Below are positions 9,802 to 19,840 of a DNA stretch of 64,000 bases, piece after piece. The translations under genes and the position numbers were made by a program. The notes under the pieces are model-generated. The model saw only the letters and a program-made list of their open reading frames with translations, was not told the origin of the DNA and did not search any database. Origin of the DNA: an uncultured Actinomycetota bacterium (GTDB lineage: Bacteria; Actinomycetota; Actinomycetes; JAHEKZ01); contig CAVPLY010000007.1 in NCBI GenBank assembly GCA_963706045.1, positions 33,214 to 97,213 of the forward strand, written 5' to 3'. Numbering within the stretch: the first letter of the stretch is position 1; the number at the start of each line of letters is the position of its first letter.

Positions 9802-10880
9802 AGCTCGTTCTGGTAGCTGTGGTCGTCAGCCTGATCATCGGCTTCGTGGCAACCCCGCTCTGGGCCAACTGGTTGCGCGCCCGAGGGTACGCACAGTCAA
9901 TCCGTGATGCGGAAGAGCTCGGCTACGCGGTGCCGGACCATGCTGGAAAGAGGGGCACGCCCTCGATGGGCGGAGTCGTCATCGTGCTGGGCACGGTCAT
10001 CAGCTACATCGTCGCGCACTTGGTGGCAGGCAGTGGCCCAAGTGCCTCCGCGATGCTGGTCTTCTTCTTGATGGTGGGATTGGCGTCAGTCGGATTCGCC
10101 GATGACTACATCAAGATCTTTCGCCGCCGATCCACGGGACTGCGGGTCAAGACCAAACTGTTCGGGCAGGCGATCGTAGCCGTCCTTTTCGCTTTGCTAG
10201 CGCTGCAGTTCCCCAACGCCGACGGGCTGACCCCCGCTACTCAGTACGTCTCGTTCGTTCGTGACACGGCCATTTTCCTGCCGATCGGGGTCTATCTGCT
10301 CTGGGTCTGGTTCATGGTTGCCGCGACGTCGAACGCCGTGAATCTCACCGACGGGCTCGACGGCCTTGCCACGGGGGCTGCCTCCATGGTGTTCGGTGCC
10401 TATGTGACCGTCGGCCTATGGCAGTACAACCAACGCTGCTCAGACTTCGTTCTGCCGAACTGCTACGAGGTGCGAAACCCTCTCGACATTGCCGTCGTGG
10501 CTGCGGGAGTGATGGGCTCGTGCTTCGGCTTTCTCTGGTGGAACACCTCTCCTGCTCGCATCTTCATGGGTGATACCGGTTCTTTGGCGCTCGGAGGGGC
10601 GATGGCGGGAATTGCCATCACCACGCAGACTGAGTTGCTTCTTCCTGTGATGGCTGGGCTCTTCGTCGTGATCACCGCTTCGGTGATCATTCAGATCGCG
10701 TCCTTCAAGACGACGGGACGTCGGGTCTTCTTGATGTCGCCCCTGCAGCATCACTTTGAGCTGAAGGGATGGCCCGAAGTCCAGATCGTCACGAGGTTCT
10801 GGATCATCTCAGGGCTCTTCACCGGAGCAGCCTTCGTCCTCTTCTACACCGAATGGCTCGGTGGGGGTGGCATCGGGTGA
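9798..10880 (+). CDS. mraY: Phospho-MurNAc-pentapeptide transferase MraY
   Basis: K.GTPSMGG, NAVNLTDGLDGLA, FMGDTGS and HHFEL; multi-TM. Confidence 0.97.
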   Translation: MKLVLVAVVVSLIIGFVATPLWANWLRARGYAQSIRDAEELGYAVPDHAGKRGTPSMGGVVIVLGTVISYIVAHLVAGSGPSASAMLVFFLMVGLASVGFADDYIKIFRRRSTGLRVKTKLFGQAIVAVLFALLALQFPNADGLTPATQYVSFVRDTAIFLPIGVYLLWVWFMVAATSNAVNLTDGLDGLATGAASMVFGAYVTVGLWQYNQRCSDFVLPNCYEVRNPLDIAVVAAGVMGSCFGFLWWNTSPARIFMGDTGSLALGGAMAGIAITTQTELLLPVMAGLFVVITASVIIQIASFKTTGRRVFLMSPLQHHFELKGWPEVQIVTRFWIISGLFTGAAFVLFYTEWLGGGGIG

Positions 10881-12331
10881 CCACCTCGTCAGATGTCACC
10901 CAGTGGCTGAAGACGGCGGATCGGAACGCCGACTGGTCGGGGGTGCTGGCATGTGTCGCCGGCCTGGGGGCGAGTGGGTTCGCTGCTGCAGATGCGCTGT
11001 TGCGCGTCGGGGCTTCGGTGCAGGTCGTCGAGTCGGCGCCGCTCAGTTCGACGGGGGTTATCTCTGAGCGGGCCCAGATCCTTCAGACGCTGGGGGCCGA
11101 GGTGCGCATGGGGGTGCCGGGCGACGCGCAGCTCACAGCTGACCTGCTCGTGCCCTCACCGGGAATCCCGCCGCACCATCGGTGGATAGCCAAAGCTCGT
11201 GCCAAGGCGATCTGGAGTGGCGAGCAACTGGCGTGGAACCTCCGGCCCCCCGGTGTTCCCTGGCTGACGGTCACAGGGACCAACGGCAAGACGACAACGG
11301 TGCAGCTGTTGGCCGACATGTTGAAGGCCGCAGGCCATCGTGCTCTGGCGGTCGGAAACATCGGGGTGCCTGTGGTCGAGGCGGTGTTCGCCGATCCGCA
11401 ACCAGACGTCCTCGCGGTCGAGCTCTCGAGCTTCCAGCTGCACTTCACGCACTCGGTATCCGCGCACTCATCAGCGCTGCTGAACATCGCCGAGGATCAC
11501 CTCGACTGGCACGGTTCACTTGACGGATACATCGCTGACAAGGCCCGCGTCTACGACCGCACGCAGCGGACGATCGTGTACAACCACGATGACCCCCTCA
11601 CCGAACAGCTCGCCGAGAATGCCGAAGTCGTCGAGGGGTGTCGAGCGGTGGGGGTCACCCTCGGGCTTCCTGCTCGCTCGATGTTCGGAGTAGTGGATGG
11701 CGTGCTGGTCGACCGAGCCTTCATTGCGGACCGAGCCAGTCGGGCCGTCGAGATCTGCTCGGCCGGCGACCTGGCGCTGCGTGGAAGCCACAACGTCCAC
11801 AACGTGCTCGTCGCTGCCGCACTGGCCCGTTCATTCGGTGCGTCGATCTCTTCGATCCGCGACGCAGCAATTGGCTTCGCCATGGATGAACATCGTGGGC
11901 AGGTGATCGACGTCGTGCGCGACGTCGCCTTCGTCGACAACTCAAAGGCCACGAATGTGCACGCAGCGGAGGTGGCGTTGGGTGCGGCGTCTGGGCCGGT
12001 GGTGTGGATTGCAGGTGGTCTCGCCAAGGGTGGCTTGTTCGACGAACTGGTGCGGGCGTACCGCGAGCGCCTCCGCGCAGTTGTGCTGCTGGGGGCCGAT
12101 CGTGGTGTGATCGCCGAGGCACTCGGGCGACACGCCCCCGAGGTCCCGGTGTTCGAGGTTCCCGACGGGGACACTGAGCCCATGAATCATGCTGTTCGCG
12201 CCGCGGCGGCGGTGGCGCAGCCGCACGACACAGTGCTGCTGGCGCCCGCCTGCGCTTCGATGGACCTCTTCCGCGACTACCGCGCCAGAGGTCGAGCATT
12301 CAGCTCGGCCGTGGCCCAGCTTCGCCGCTGA
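10877..12331 (+). CDS. murD: UDP-MurNAc-Ala--D-glutamate ligase MurD
   Basis: VTGTNGKTT, ELSSFQL, SKATN and LAPACASMD; GTGA overlap with mraY. Confidence 0.96.
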   Translation: MTTSSDVTQWLKTADRNADWSGVLACVAGLGASGFAAADALLRVGASVQVVESAPLSSTGVISERAQILQTLGAEVRMGVPGDAQLTADLLVPSPGIPPHHRWIAKARAKAIWSGEQLAWNLRPPGVPWLTVTGTNGKTTTVQLLADMLKAAGHRALAVGNIGVPVVEAVFADPQPDVLAVELSSFQLHFTHSVSAHSSALLNIAEDHLDWHGSLDGYIADKARVYDRTQRTIVYNHDDPLTEQLAENAEVVEGCRAVGVTLGLPARSMFGVVDGVLVDRAFIADRASRAVEICSAGDLALRGSHNVHNVLVAAALARSFGASISSIRDAAIGFAMDEHRGQVIDVVRDVAFVDNSKATNVHAAEVALGAASGPVVWIAGGLAKGGLFDELVRAYRERLRAVVLLGADRGVIAEALGRHAPEVPVFEVPDGDTEPMNHAVRAAAAVAQPHDTVLLAPACASMDLFRDYRARGRAFSSAVAQLRR

Positions 12332-12341
12332 CGGATCTCGC

Positions 12342-13580
12342 ATGACGCTCACTTCCCCTCGCACCTCCTCAACCCACCGGGCGGGGATCGGCGCCCCTTT
12401 GCGCGCCGCCCTGGCCAAGCCCCTCGCCCCGTACTACCTCGTGCTGGGCAGCACCATCTTGCTCACCGCACTCGGGTTGGTCATGGTCCTGTCGGCCTCC
12501 AGCGTCGAGTCGTACGCAGCCAGCGGCTCGTCGTGGGCAATCGCCCAGCGCCAGGCCATGTGGGTAGTGATCGGAATCCCCGCACTGCTTGTCGCCAGTC
12601 GGCTGCCCACCGTGTGGTTTCGCCGCTTGGCTGTCCCCGCGCTAGTGGTGTCCCTGGTGCTGCTCGTGCTCGTGCTGGTGCCCGGCATCGGGGTGAACGT
12701 CAATGGAAACCAGAACTGGATCGACGTGGGCGGATCGATCCGGATTCAACCAGCTGAGGCGGCCAAGTACGCGCTGGTGCTGTGGGGTGCAGATCTTCTC
12801 ACCCGCAAGCGCAAGCTGTTGCACGAGAACAAGCATCTGCTGATCCCCCTGCTTCCCGTCGCTGCCATCGTGATCGGCCTGGTGCTTCTCGGTGGCGACT
12901 TGGGCACGTCATTGATCCTGATGGCCATCGTGGCCGGCCTGCTGTTCGTGGCCGGCGCACCCTTCCGGGTCTTCGTCGCTCTCGCCGCCCCGGCACTGGC
13001 GGTCATCTTGTTCATGACCTTCCAGCGCAGCGCACGCCTCTCCCGCCTGCAGTCCTTCCTCGACCCCTTCGCCGACTACGAAGGTGCTGGGTGGCAGGCG
13101 GCCCACAGCCTGTTTGCCCTGGCCTCGGGCGGTTGGTGGGGGGTGGGCCTCGGCGCCAGTCGCGAGAAGTGGGGCAACCTTCCTGAGGCACACACCGACT
13201 TCATCTTTGCCATCATTGGCGAAGAACTGGGTCTGGTGGGCACCCTCACCGTTCTGCTGCTCTTCGGTGCGCTCGTGCTCGGAGCGCTCCGCATTGCGCT
13301 GGCCACCGACGATCTCTTCGTGCGCTTCGCTTCCGGCGGCATCGTTGTCTGGATCGGGGTGCAGATGATCATCAACGTCGGCGGTGTCCTCAGCGTCCTT
13401 CCGATCACCGGTGTCCCACTGCCGCTCGTCTCCTACGGCGGATCGGCGCTCGTGGCCACCATGTTTGCGCTCGGCATGCTCCTGTCGTTCGCCCGAAACC
13501 TTCCCGGTGCGCGACGAGCCCTCCGTCAGCGACGCACCGCGAGGTGGCGTCCGAGGTTCTCCAAGGCACGCGCTCGGTGA
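12342..13580 (+). CDS. ftsW: SEDS peptidoglycan polymerase FtsW
   Basis: MVLSAS, IQPAE, LPEAHTDFIFAIIGEELG and PLVSYGGS motifs. Confidence 0.96.
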   Translation: MTLTSPRTSSTHRAGIGAPLRAALAKPLAPYYLVLGSTILLTALGLVMVLSASSVESYAASGSSWAIAQRQAMWVVIGIPALLVASRLPTVWFRRLAVPALVVSLVLLVLVLVPGIGVNVNGNQNWIDVGGSIRIQPAEAAKYALVLWGADLLTRKRKLLHENKHLLIPLLPVAAIVIGLVLLGGDLGTSLILMAIVAGLLFVAGAPFRVFVALAAPALAVILFMTFQRSARLSRLQSFLDPFADYEGAGWQAAHSLFALASGGWWGVGLGASREKWGNLPEAHTDFIFAIIGEELGLVGTLTVLLLFGALVLGALRIALATDDLFVRFASGGIVVWIGVQMIINVGGVLSVLPITGVPLPLVSYGGSALVATMFALGMLLSFARNLPGARRALRQRRTARWRPRFSKARAR

Positions 13581-14704
13581 GCGCCGGGAGGCCCACGGCG
13601 ACGACGGTGCGCCCCCTTCGGCTGCTGCTGGCAGGCGGTGGCACCGCCGGTCACGTCGAGCCAGCACTTGCGTTGGCAGATGCGGTGATCAGGCGGCGTC
13701 CGGACACCGTCGTTGGCGCACTCGGAACTGCTTCGGGTCTTGAGACGACGTTGGTGCCCGCTCGTGGATTCGACCTGCACCTCATTCCGAAGATCACCAT
13801 GCCACGCTCTGAGCCACGCCGTTGGCTTTCGATCCCTGGCGGTGTGTGGTCGGCAGTTCGTGCCACAGCGGCCGTGATCTCGGAGCAGAAACCTGATGTG
13901 GTGGTGGGTTTCGGGGGTTACGTGTCGTTGCCGGCCTATCTGGCGGCCCGGCGGGCCGGCGTGCCCTTCGTGGTGCACGAAGCAAATGCTCGACCGGGCG
14001 TGGCGAACCGAATTGGTGCACGGTTCACCCCGTATGTGGTGGTGAGCGTTCCGTCCACCGTCAGTTCGCTGCCCCATGCCCAGCTGATCGGTATCCCGCT
14101 GCGTAGAAGCATCACCACCCTTGATCGCTCCTCACTGAAGACCAGCGCCAGAAAGACATTCGGGCTCGAGCCGGATCGACCGACGGTGCTGGTCTTCGGT
14201 GGTTCGCAGGGGGCCAGAACCATCAACGCGGCGATGCAAGGCGCCGCTCGAAGCTTGTTGGACGCCGGTATCCAGGTGCTGCATGCAGCTGGCCCCCAGA
14301 ACACCGTCACGATCGAACGTCATGAATCAGACCCTCCGTACGTGGTGGTGCCCTACCTGGAGCGCATGGACCTTGCGTACGCCGCGGCCGACCTGGTCGT
14401 TGGCCGCTCCGGGGCAATGACCTGCGCAGAGGTCGCAGCGGTCGGACTGCCTGCGGTGTTCGTGCCCTACCCCCACAGCAACGGTGAACAGGCCGTCAAT
14501 GCTCAACCCCTCGTCGATGCGGGTGCTGGCGTCATGATCGTCGACGCCGAATTCACCGCGTCAGTGGTCGAGAGCGTTGTCCGCGACCTGGTGCTCGACG
14601 CCGATCGCCTGCGCTTGATGGGTGAGGCGGCTGTCCATCTGGGCGCAGGCGAGGCCGACGAACGACTGACCGACCTGGTGCTCGAGGCGGCTGATCGTTC
14701 ATGA
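13577..14704 (+). CDS. murG: Lipid II GlcNAc transferase MurG
   Basis: GGGTAGH, GFGGY, HEAN, GGSQGA and RSGA motifs. Confidence 0.97.
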   Translation: MSAGRPTATTVRPLRLLLAGGGTAGHVEPALALADAVIRRRPDTVVGALGTASGLETTLVPARGFDLHLIPKITMPRSEPRRWLSIPGGVWSAVRATAAVISEQKPDVVVGFGGYVSLPAYLAARRAGVPFVVHEANARPGVANRIGARFTPYVVVSVPSTVSSLPHAQLIGIPLRRSITTLDRSSLKTSARKTFGLEPDRPTVLVFGGSQGARTINAAMQGAARSLLDAGIQVLHAAGPQNTVTIERHESDPPYVVVPYLERMDLAYAAADLVVGRSGAMTCAEVAAVGLPAVFVPYPHSNGEQAVNAQPLVDAGAGVMIVDAEFTASVVESVVRDLVLDADRLRLMGEAAVHLGAGEADERLTDLVLEAADRS

Positions 14705-16128
14705 CGACGCGTGTCAGCGAACACACCGGCTCTCCTCTTGACGAGCTCGGCAGAGTCCATCTCATCGGCGTCGCAGGTGCTGGGATGTCGGCCCTCACGC
14801 GCATGCTCTGCGCCCGTGGCGTTCGGGTGACCGGCAGCGAGCTGCGAGACTCGCGCATCGTCGCCTCCCTGCGTGCGGTCGGCGCGGTCATTCACTTCGG
14901 ACAGACCCCAGACTCGCTACCCGCTGCCGACACCGTCATCGTCTCCACGGCGATCCGCGACAACAACCCCGAGCTCGTCGCAGCCCGCGAGCGAGGTCTG
15001 CGCATTCTGCATCGCGCCGAGGCGCTGGCCTACTGCATGCGGGGCTATCGCTGCGTCGTGGTGGCCGGAACCCATGGCAAGACCACGACGACATCGATGA
15101 CGGCTGTGGCCCTGCAGCACTGTGGCGCCGATCCGTCGTACTACATCGGTGCTCAGCTGAACGAGACCGGCACGAACGCCCACGCTGGCACTGGCCCAGA
15201 CTTCGTGGCCGAGTCCGACGAGAGCGATGGCTCATTCCTGGTGCTTGAGCCACAGATCGCCGTGATCACCAACGTCGAAGGCGACCACCTCGACTACTGG
15301 GGTGACGCCGAGGGGGTCGAGGCCGGATTCCGGCAGTTCGTGACAAAAGTTCCTCGGGACGGCGTCGTCATCGCATGTGCTGACGACGCCGGAGCGGCCC
15401 GCGTCGCTGCCTTCGCCCGACAAGAGGGCAGACGGGTGGTGACATATGGCGTCAGCGATCAGGCAGATGTCCGCGTCACCGACGTGGCTCTGGACGCCAC
15501 CGGCGCCTGGTTCCAGCCGGTGGTGAATGGCCGCCGACTCCCTGACGTCTCATTGAAGATCGTTGGGCTGCACAACGTGCTGAACGCGACAGCAGCCTTG
15601 GCGGTTGCGCTGGAAGTGGGAGTCGGGGTGTCCGACGCCGTCGAGGGCCTAGGGCTCTACAGCGGGGCGCGCCGACGCTTTGAGTTCAAGGGCGAGGGTT
15701 ATGGCGTGCGGGTCTACGACGACTACGCCCACCACCACACCGAGCTGCGAGCCACGCTGACTGCGGCCCGCCAGATCGCCGACGGTGGTCGCATCGTCGT
15801 CGCCTTCCAGCCGCTCCGCTTCACCCGCACAGCCGAGTTTCACCGCGAGCTGGGGGAGGCGCTGGGGCTGGCCGACGACGTGGTGGTCATGGAGGTCTAC
15901 GGCTCCAACGAAGAGCCGATCCCCGGCGCCACCGGAGCTCTGGTCGCCGCCGGAGTGCCTCTCGCGCCTGAGCACGTGGCTTTCGAGCCGTCGTTCTCTG
16001 CCGTTCCCCAGTGGCTGGTCGAGCGGGTCGAGCCAGGTGATCTGATTCTCACCCTCGGAGATGGGATCGTGACGACGCTTGGCCCCGAAATCGTCGAGCT
16101 CCTGCGTCACCGCCAGGAGCAGGCATGA
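14701..16128 (+). CDS. murC: UDP-MurNAc--amino acid ligase MurC (atypical substrate pocket)
   Basis: IG..GAGMS, AGTHGKTTT, ESDESD, TN..DHLD and DDYAHH; lies between murG and ftsQ. Confidence 0.95.
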   Translation: MTTRVSEHTGSPLDELGRVHLIGVAGAGMSALTRMLCARGVRVTGSELRDSRIVASLRAVGAVIHFGQTPDSLPAADTVIVSTAIRDNNPELVAARERGLRILHRAEALAYCMRGYRCVVVAGTHGKTTTTSMTAVALQHCGADPSYYIGAQLNETGTNAHAGTGPDFVAESDESDGSFLVLEPQIAVITNVEGDHLDYWGDAEGVEAGFRQFVTKVPRDGVVIACADDAGAARVAAFARQEGRRVVTYGVSDQADVRVTDVALDATGAWFQPVVNGRRLPDVSLKIVGLHNVLNATAALAVALEVGVGVSDAVEGLGLYSGARRRFEFKGEGYGVRVYDDYAHHHTELRATLTAARQIADGGRIVVAFQPLRFTRTAEFHRELGEALGLADDVVVMEVYGSNEEPIPGATGALVAAGVPLAPEHVAFEPSFSAVPQWLVERVEPGDLILTLGDGIVTTLGPEIVELLRHRQEQA

Positions 16129-16838
16129 ACCCGGCCGGGTGGCTTCGACGACCGTGGACGTGGGGCGTTCTGACGGTTCTCGCGTGCGCCCTGATGTTCT
16201 CGTTCCTTCGCTTTGCGCCCTTCTTCCGCGTGCAGCACGTCGATGTCCAGGGCAACAGCCAGGTATCGGCCGAAGAAGTCGTGGCTGCGGCCAACGTCTC
16301 TGAGAACGGGGCCCTGATGACGGTGCCGTTGGACGAGATTGCCTCTCGGGTCGAGACCTTGGACGCGGTCGCGGGTGCCCGCGTCACACGCGACTGGCCC
16401 AACCGCGTTCAGATTGTCGTGCGTGAACGACGACCGGTCGGGTTCATCGCGCGCGGCACCGGCGTCGTGCTCGTCGGGTCCGACGGGTCGCTCTACCGAG
16501 AGCAAGAGGAACGGCCGCAGAACCTTCCAGAGCTGCCTGATGCGGCGGCCGCTGTCGGCGACTCGTACCCAGCATCCGCCGACGACTCCGCACGAGCGGC
16601 CTATGACGTTGCTGTTGAGCTGCCGGCTGCGCTGCGTCGCGCTGTGAGCACCATCGACGCGCCAGGCCCGCGGACCATCCGGCTGGTGCTTGCCGACGGA
16701 GTGGTTGTCGAGTGGGGAGCGCCAGGTGACGCAGATCAGAAAGCTCTTGCGGTCAAGGCGCTACGCGACCGCCGGGGGTGGGGCACGGCCTTCACCGTTG
16801 TCGACGTGACTGCTCCAGAAGCACCTGCCCTCAGCTGA
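16125..16838 (+). CDS. ftsQ: Cell division protein FtsQ/DivIB
   Basis: TM plus POTRA-like region (V.V.GN, V.RDWP..V.I.V.ER), WG, C-terminal DV.AP; immediately upstream of ftsZ. Confidence 0.9.
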   Translation: MNPAGWLRRPWTWGVLTVLACALMFSFLRFAPFFRVQHVDVQGNSQVSAEEVVAAANVSENGALMTVPLDEIASRVETLDAVAGARVTRDWPNRVQIVVRERRPVGFIARGTGVVLVGSDGSLYREQEERPQNLPELPDAAAAVGDSYPASADDSARAAYDVAVELPAALRRAVSTIDAPGPRTIRLVLADGVVVEWGAPGDADQKALAVKALRDRRGWGTAFTVVDVTAPEAPALS

Positions 16839-16875
16839 TGGGGGACCGCTGGGGCCGATCGTGCTGCGACGTGCT

Positions 16876-16970
16876 CGACACGCCGAGTAGTTGACGATCC
16901 TGACCCCCTCCCGTACGTTGCTCCGCGAACCTGGAGTTGACATAACGTTTGATGTCTACTAAAGGGTGAG
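16876..16970 (+). promoter_or_regulatory. ftsZ promoter region (GACAC WhiA-like site; TTGACA-N17-TAAAGG)
   Basis: CGACACGCC at 16876-16884; TTGACA at 16937-16942 with a -10-like TAAAGG at 16960-16965. Confidence 0.55.
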
Positions 16971-17020
16971 ACTTCGATTGTCCGCCGAGCGGACGCTACG
17001 AGAGAGGCGTCAAACAGACC

Positions 17021-18193
17021 ATGGCTGCACCGCAGAACTACCTCGCCGTCATCAAGGTTGTGGGCATCGGAGGCGGTGGCGTCAATGCCATCAACCGGAT
17101 GATCGAGGTCGGCCTCAAGGGCGTTGAGTTCATCGCGATCAACACCGATGCCCAGGCACTGTTGATGAGCGATGCCGACGTCAAGCTCGACATCGGGCGT
17201 GAGCTCACCCGCGGCCTCGGCGCAGGAGCCGACCCCGAGGTGGGCCGTCGTGCAGCCGAAGACCACCGCACCGAGATCGAAGAGGTGCTCAAGGGCGCCG
17301 ACATGGTTTTCGTCACCGCTGGCGAGGGCGGTGGCACGGGAACCGGCGGGGCTCCGGTCGTTGCTGAGGTCGCTCGCGCCATCGGAGCGCTCACCATCGG
17401 CGTCGTCACCCGGCCGTTCGGCTTCGAAGGGCGCCGCCGCGCCGTGCAGGCCGATACCGGTATCGAGGAGCTGCGCAGCGAGGTCGACACCCTCATCGTC
17501 ATTCCTAATGACCGGCTGCTGTCGATCAGCGACCGTGCCGTCAGCGTGCTCGATGCCTTCAAGTCGGCCGATCACGTGCTGATGTCGGGAGTCCAGGGGA
17601 TCACTGACCTGATCACGACTCCTGGTCTGATCAACCTCGACTTCGCCGACGTCAAGTCGGTCATGCAGGGTGCAGGGACGGCACTGATGGGCATCGGCAA
17701 TGCCCGCGGTGACAATCGGTCGATCGCCGCGGCGGAGACCGCGATCTCGAGCCCCCTGCTCGAAGCATCCATCGAGGGCGCCCGCGGTGTCCTGTTGTCA
17801 GTGTCCGGAGGATCCGATCTCGGGCTCTTCGAGATCAACGAGGCTGCCCGCATGGTGGCTGAGTCGGCCCATCCCGAGGCCAACATCATCTTCGGGGCCG
17901 TCATCGATGACGCACTTGGAGACGAGGTACGGGTCACTGTTATCGCGGCTGGCTTCGACAGCGGTCAGACGGGTAAGGCGCGGACGGCGGGGCGTGCAGT
18001 CGAAGAGGTACCCGTGCCGGAGCCGCTGATGAAGTCGGCGGATGCCGATGACGCTGGCACGACCACACCGCCGGCGACGTCTGACCAGGGTGATGACCAG
18101 TACATCGAGCTGCCGGAGCGCAAGGCGCCTCGCACCATCGTCTTCGACGACTCGGTCGGCGATGAACTGGATGTACCCGACTTTCTGAAGTAG
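17021..18193 (+). CDS. ftsZ: Cell division protein FtsZ
   Basis: [28 protein letters not shown]-terminal ELDVPDFLK. Confidence 0.99.
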   Translation: MAAPQNYLAVIKVVGIGGGGVNAINRMIEVGLKGVEFIAINTDAQALLMSDADVKLDIGRELTRGLGAGADPEVGRRAAEDHRTEIEEVLKGADMVFVTAGEGGGTGTGGAPVVAEVARAIGALTIGVVTRPFGFEGRRRAVQADTGIEELRSEVDTLIVIPNDRLLSISDRAVSVLDAFKSADHVLMSGVQGITDLITTPGLINLDFADVKSVMQGAGTALMGIGNARGDNRSIAAAETAISSPLLEASIEGARGVLLSVSGGSDLGLFEINEAARMVAESAHPEANIIFGAVIDDALGDEVRVTVIAAGFDSGQTGKARTAGRAVEEVPVPEPLMKSADADDAGTTTPPATSDQGDDQYIELPERKAPRTIVFDDSVGDELDVPDFLK

Positions 18194-18906
18194 TGGTGGT
18201 CGCCGAAACGCGCAGACGCGAGATCGCCCTGGGGCTGGAGGCAGCCCGTCGCCGCGTCGCTGTCGCCGAAGTGGAGGCAGGACGCGACCCTGGTTCGGTC
18301 GACCTCGTCGTGGTCACCAAGACACATCCAGCCGCTGAGGTCGAGGTGCTCGCCGACCTCGGAGTGGTGCATGTCGGTGAGAACCGCGATCAGGAGGCAG
18401 CGCCGAAGGCTCAGCTCCTCGAGGCGCGTCACCTGGTCTGGCATTTCATCGGTCAGCTCCAGACCAACAAGGCGCGCTCGGTCGTCGAGTACGCCGATGT
18501 GGTCGAGTCGGTCGACCGACCGAAGCTCGTGGGGGCGCTGAGCCGGGCCGCCGTTTCGATTCGCCCCCCGGACCGACCGCTGACCTGCCTGGTGCAGGTC
18601 TGCCTCGACGAACAACCCGGACGCGGGGGAGCGCTTCCCCAGGACGTCCCTTCGATCGCCGACCAGATCGTGGCCGCTCCAGGCCTCGAGCTCGGTGGCG
18701 TCATGGCCGTGGCCCCCCTCGATGCCGATCCAGATGACGCCTTTGCACGACTCGCCGTGGTTGCCCAGGGGGTCGCGGCCACTCATCCGCAGGCCACGAC
18801 CGTGTCGGCAGGAATGAGCAGTGACCTCGAATCCGCGATTCGGCACGGCGCGACACAAGTGCGACTCGGCAGCGTGGTGCTCGGGTCCAGGCCTCCTGTC
18901 AGGTAG
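18193..18906 (+). CDS. yggS: PLP homeostasis protein YggS
   Basis: [29 protein letters not shown] and VRLGS motifs. Confidence 0.95.
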   Translation: MVVAETRRREIALGLEAARRRVAVAEVEAGRDPGSVDLVVVTKTHPAAEVEVLADLGVVHVGENRDQEAAPKAQLLEARHLVWHFIGQLQTNKARSVVEYADVVESVDRPKLVGALSRAAVSIRPPDRPLTCLVQVCLDEQPGRGGALPQDVPSIADQIVAAPGLELGGVMAVAPLDADPDDAFARLAVVAQGVAATHPQATTVSAGMSSDLESAIRHGATQVRLGSVVLGSRPPVR

Positions 18907-18970
18907 CGTTCGACCAGCGGATCGACCTCGTAGAGGCGACCGCACCACGACAATCGAAGGGGTCGGACGT

Positions 18971-19441
18971 ATGGCCGGCGGAATGCGCAAGATGGCGGTC
19001 TATCTCGGACTGGTCGAGAACGAGGACCAGTACGACGAGTACGACAGCCCTGACCGAGAGTACGACGAACGTGGGCGGCAGCTGCACGCCGTGCGCGACG
19101 ACGAGCCGGCCCCGAGTCGTCCTGCTTCTGCGGCTCCTCGGGCGACGGCGCCCGCCGGGTCACCGTCCAGGATCAGCACCCTGCACCCGCGCACCTACAA
19201 TGACGCACGGGCGATTGGTGAGGCGTTCCGTAGTGGCACACCGGTCATCATGAATCTCACGGAGATGGACGACGGCGATGCCAAGCGCATCGTCGACTTC
19301 GGTGCTGGGGTGGTGTTCGGCCTCCACGGCACGATCGAGCGTGTCACGCAGAAGGTCTTCCTGCTCTCGCCGGCCAATGTGGTGGTGACCGCCGAAGAGA
19401 AAGCGCAGCTCGCTGAAGGCGGATTCTTCAACCAGAGCTGA
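18971..19441 (+). CDS. sepF: Cell division protein SepF
   Basis: [36 protein letters not shown] and FFNQS. Confidence 0.96.
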   Translation: MAGGMRKMAVYLGLVENEDQYDEYDSPDREYDERGRQLHAVRDDEPAPSRPASAAPRATAPAGSPSRISTLHPRTYNDARAIGEAFRSGTPVIMNLTEMDDGDAKRIVDFGAGVVFGLHGTIERVTQKVFLLSPANVVVTAEEKAQLAEGGFFNQS

Positions 19442-19453
19442 CCGCCCCGCGCC

Positions 19454-19747
19454 ATGGCCGTCCTCTACCAGATTCTTATCTTGGTTCTGTGGATCTTTCT
19501 GCTGACCCTGATTGCTCGCGTCGTCATCGACCTGCTGCAGATCTTCGCCCGTGACTTCCGTCCAAGTGGCGTCGTCCTGCTGCTATTCGAGGTTGTGTTC
19601 ACGGTCACCGATCCACCACTTCGGGCGCTCCGCCGGTTCATCCCCCCGGTGCGCATTGGTGCAGTGGCCTTCGACCTGGCGATCCTCGTCCTGTTCATCG
19701 GCACCCAGGTGCTGATCGCCGTGGTCAGTGGACTCGCGCGGGCATGA
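19454..19747 (+). CDS. yggT: YggT/YlmG family membrane protein
   Basis: TDPPLR.LRRFIPP.R.G..FDL motif; lies between sepF and divIVA. Confidence 0.93.
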   Translation: MAVLYQILILVLWIFLLTLIARVVIDLLQIFARDFRPSGVVLLLFEVVFTVTDPPLRALRRFIPPVRIGAVAFDLAILVLFIGTQVLIAVVSGLARA

Positions 19748-19840
19748 TCACGATCGAGGCGCGGTGTCGTTGTGGTCAGTAGTGCCTATGACTCATGTGA
19801 CGCTAGTGTTCTGTGTGACCTGAAGGTTTGAGGAGAACTA

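Noticed and set aside
19785-19822. TGTGAC repeats upstream of divIVA as BldD or MtrA sites
   Set aside because: Only half-site matches with non-canonical spacing (18 bp).
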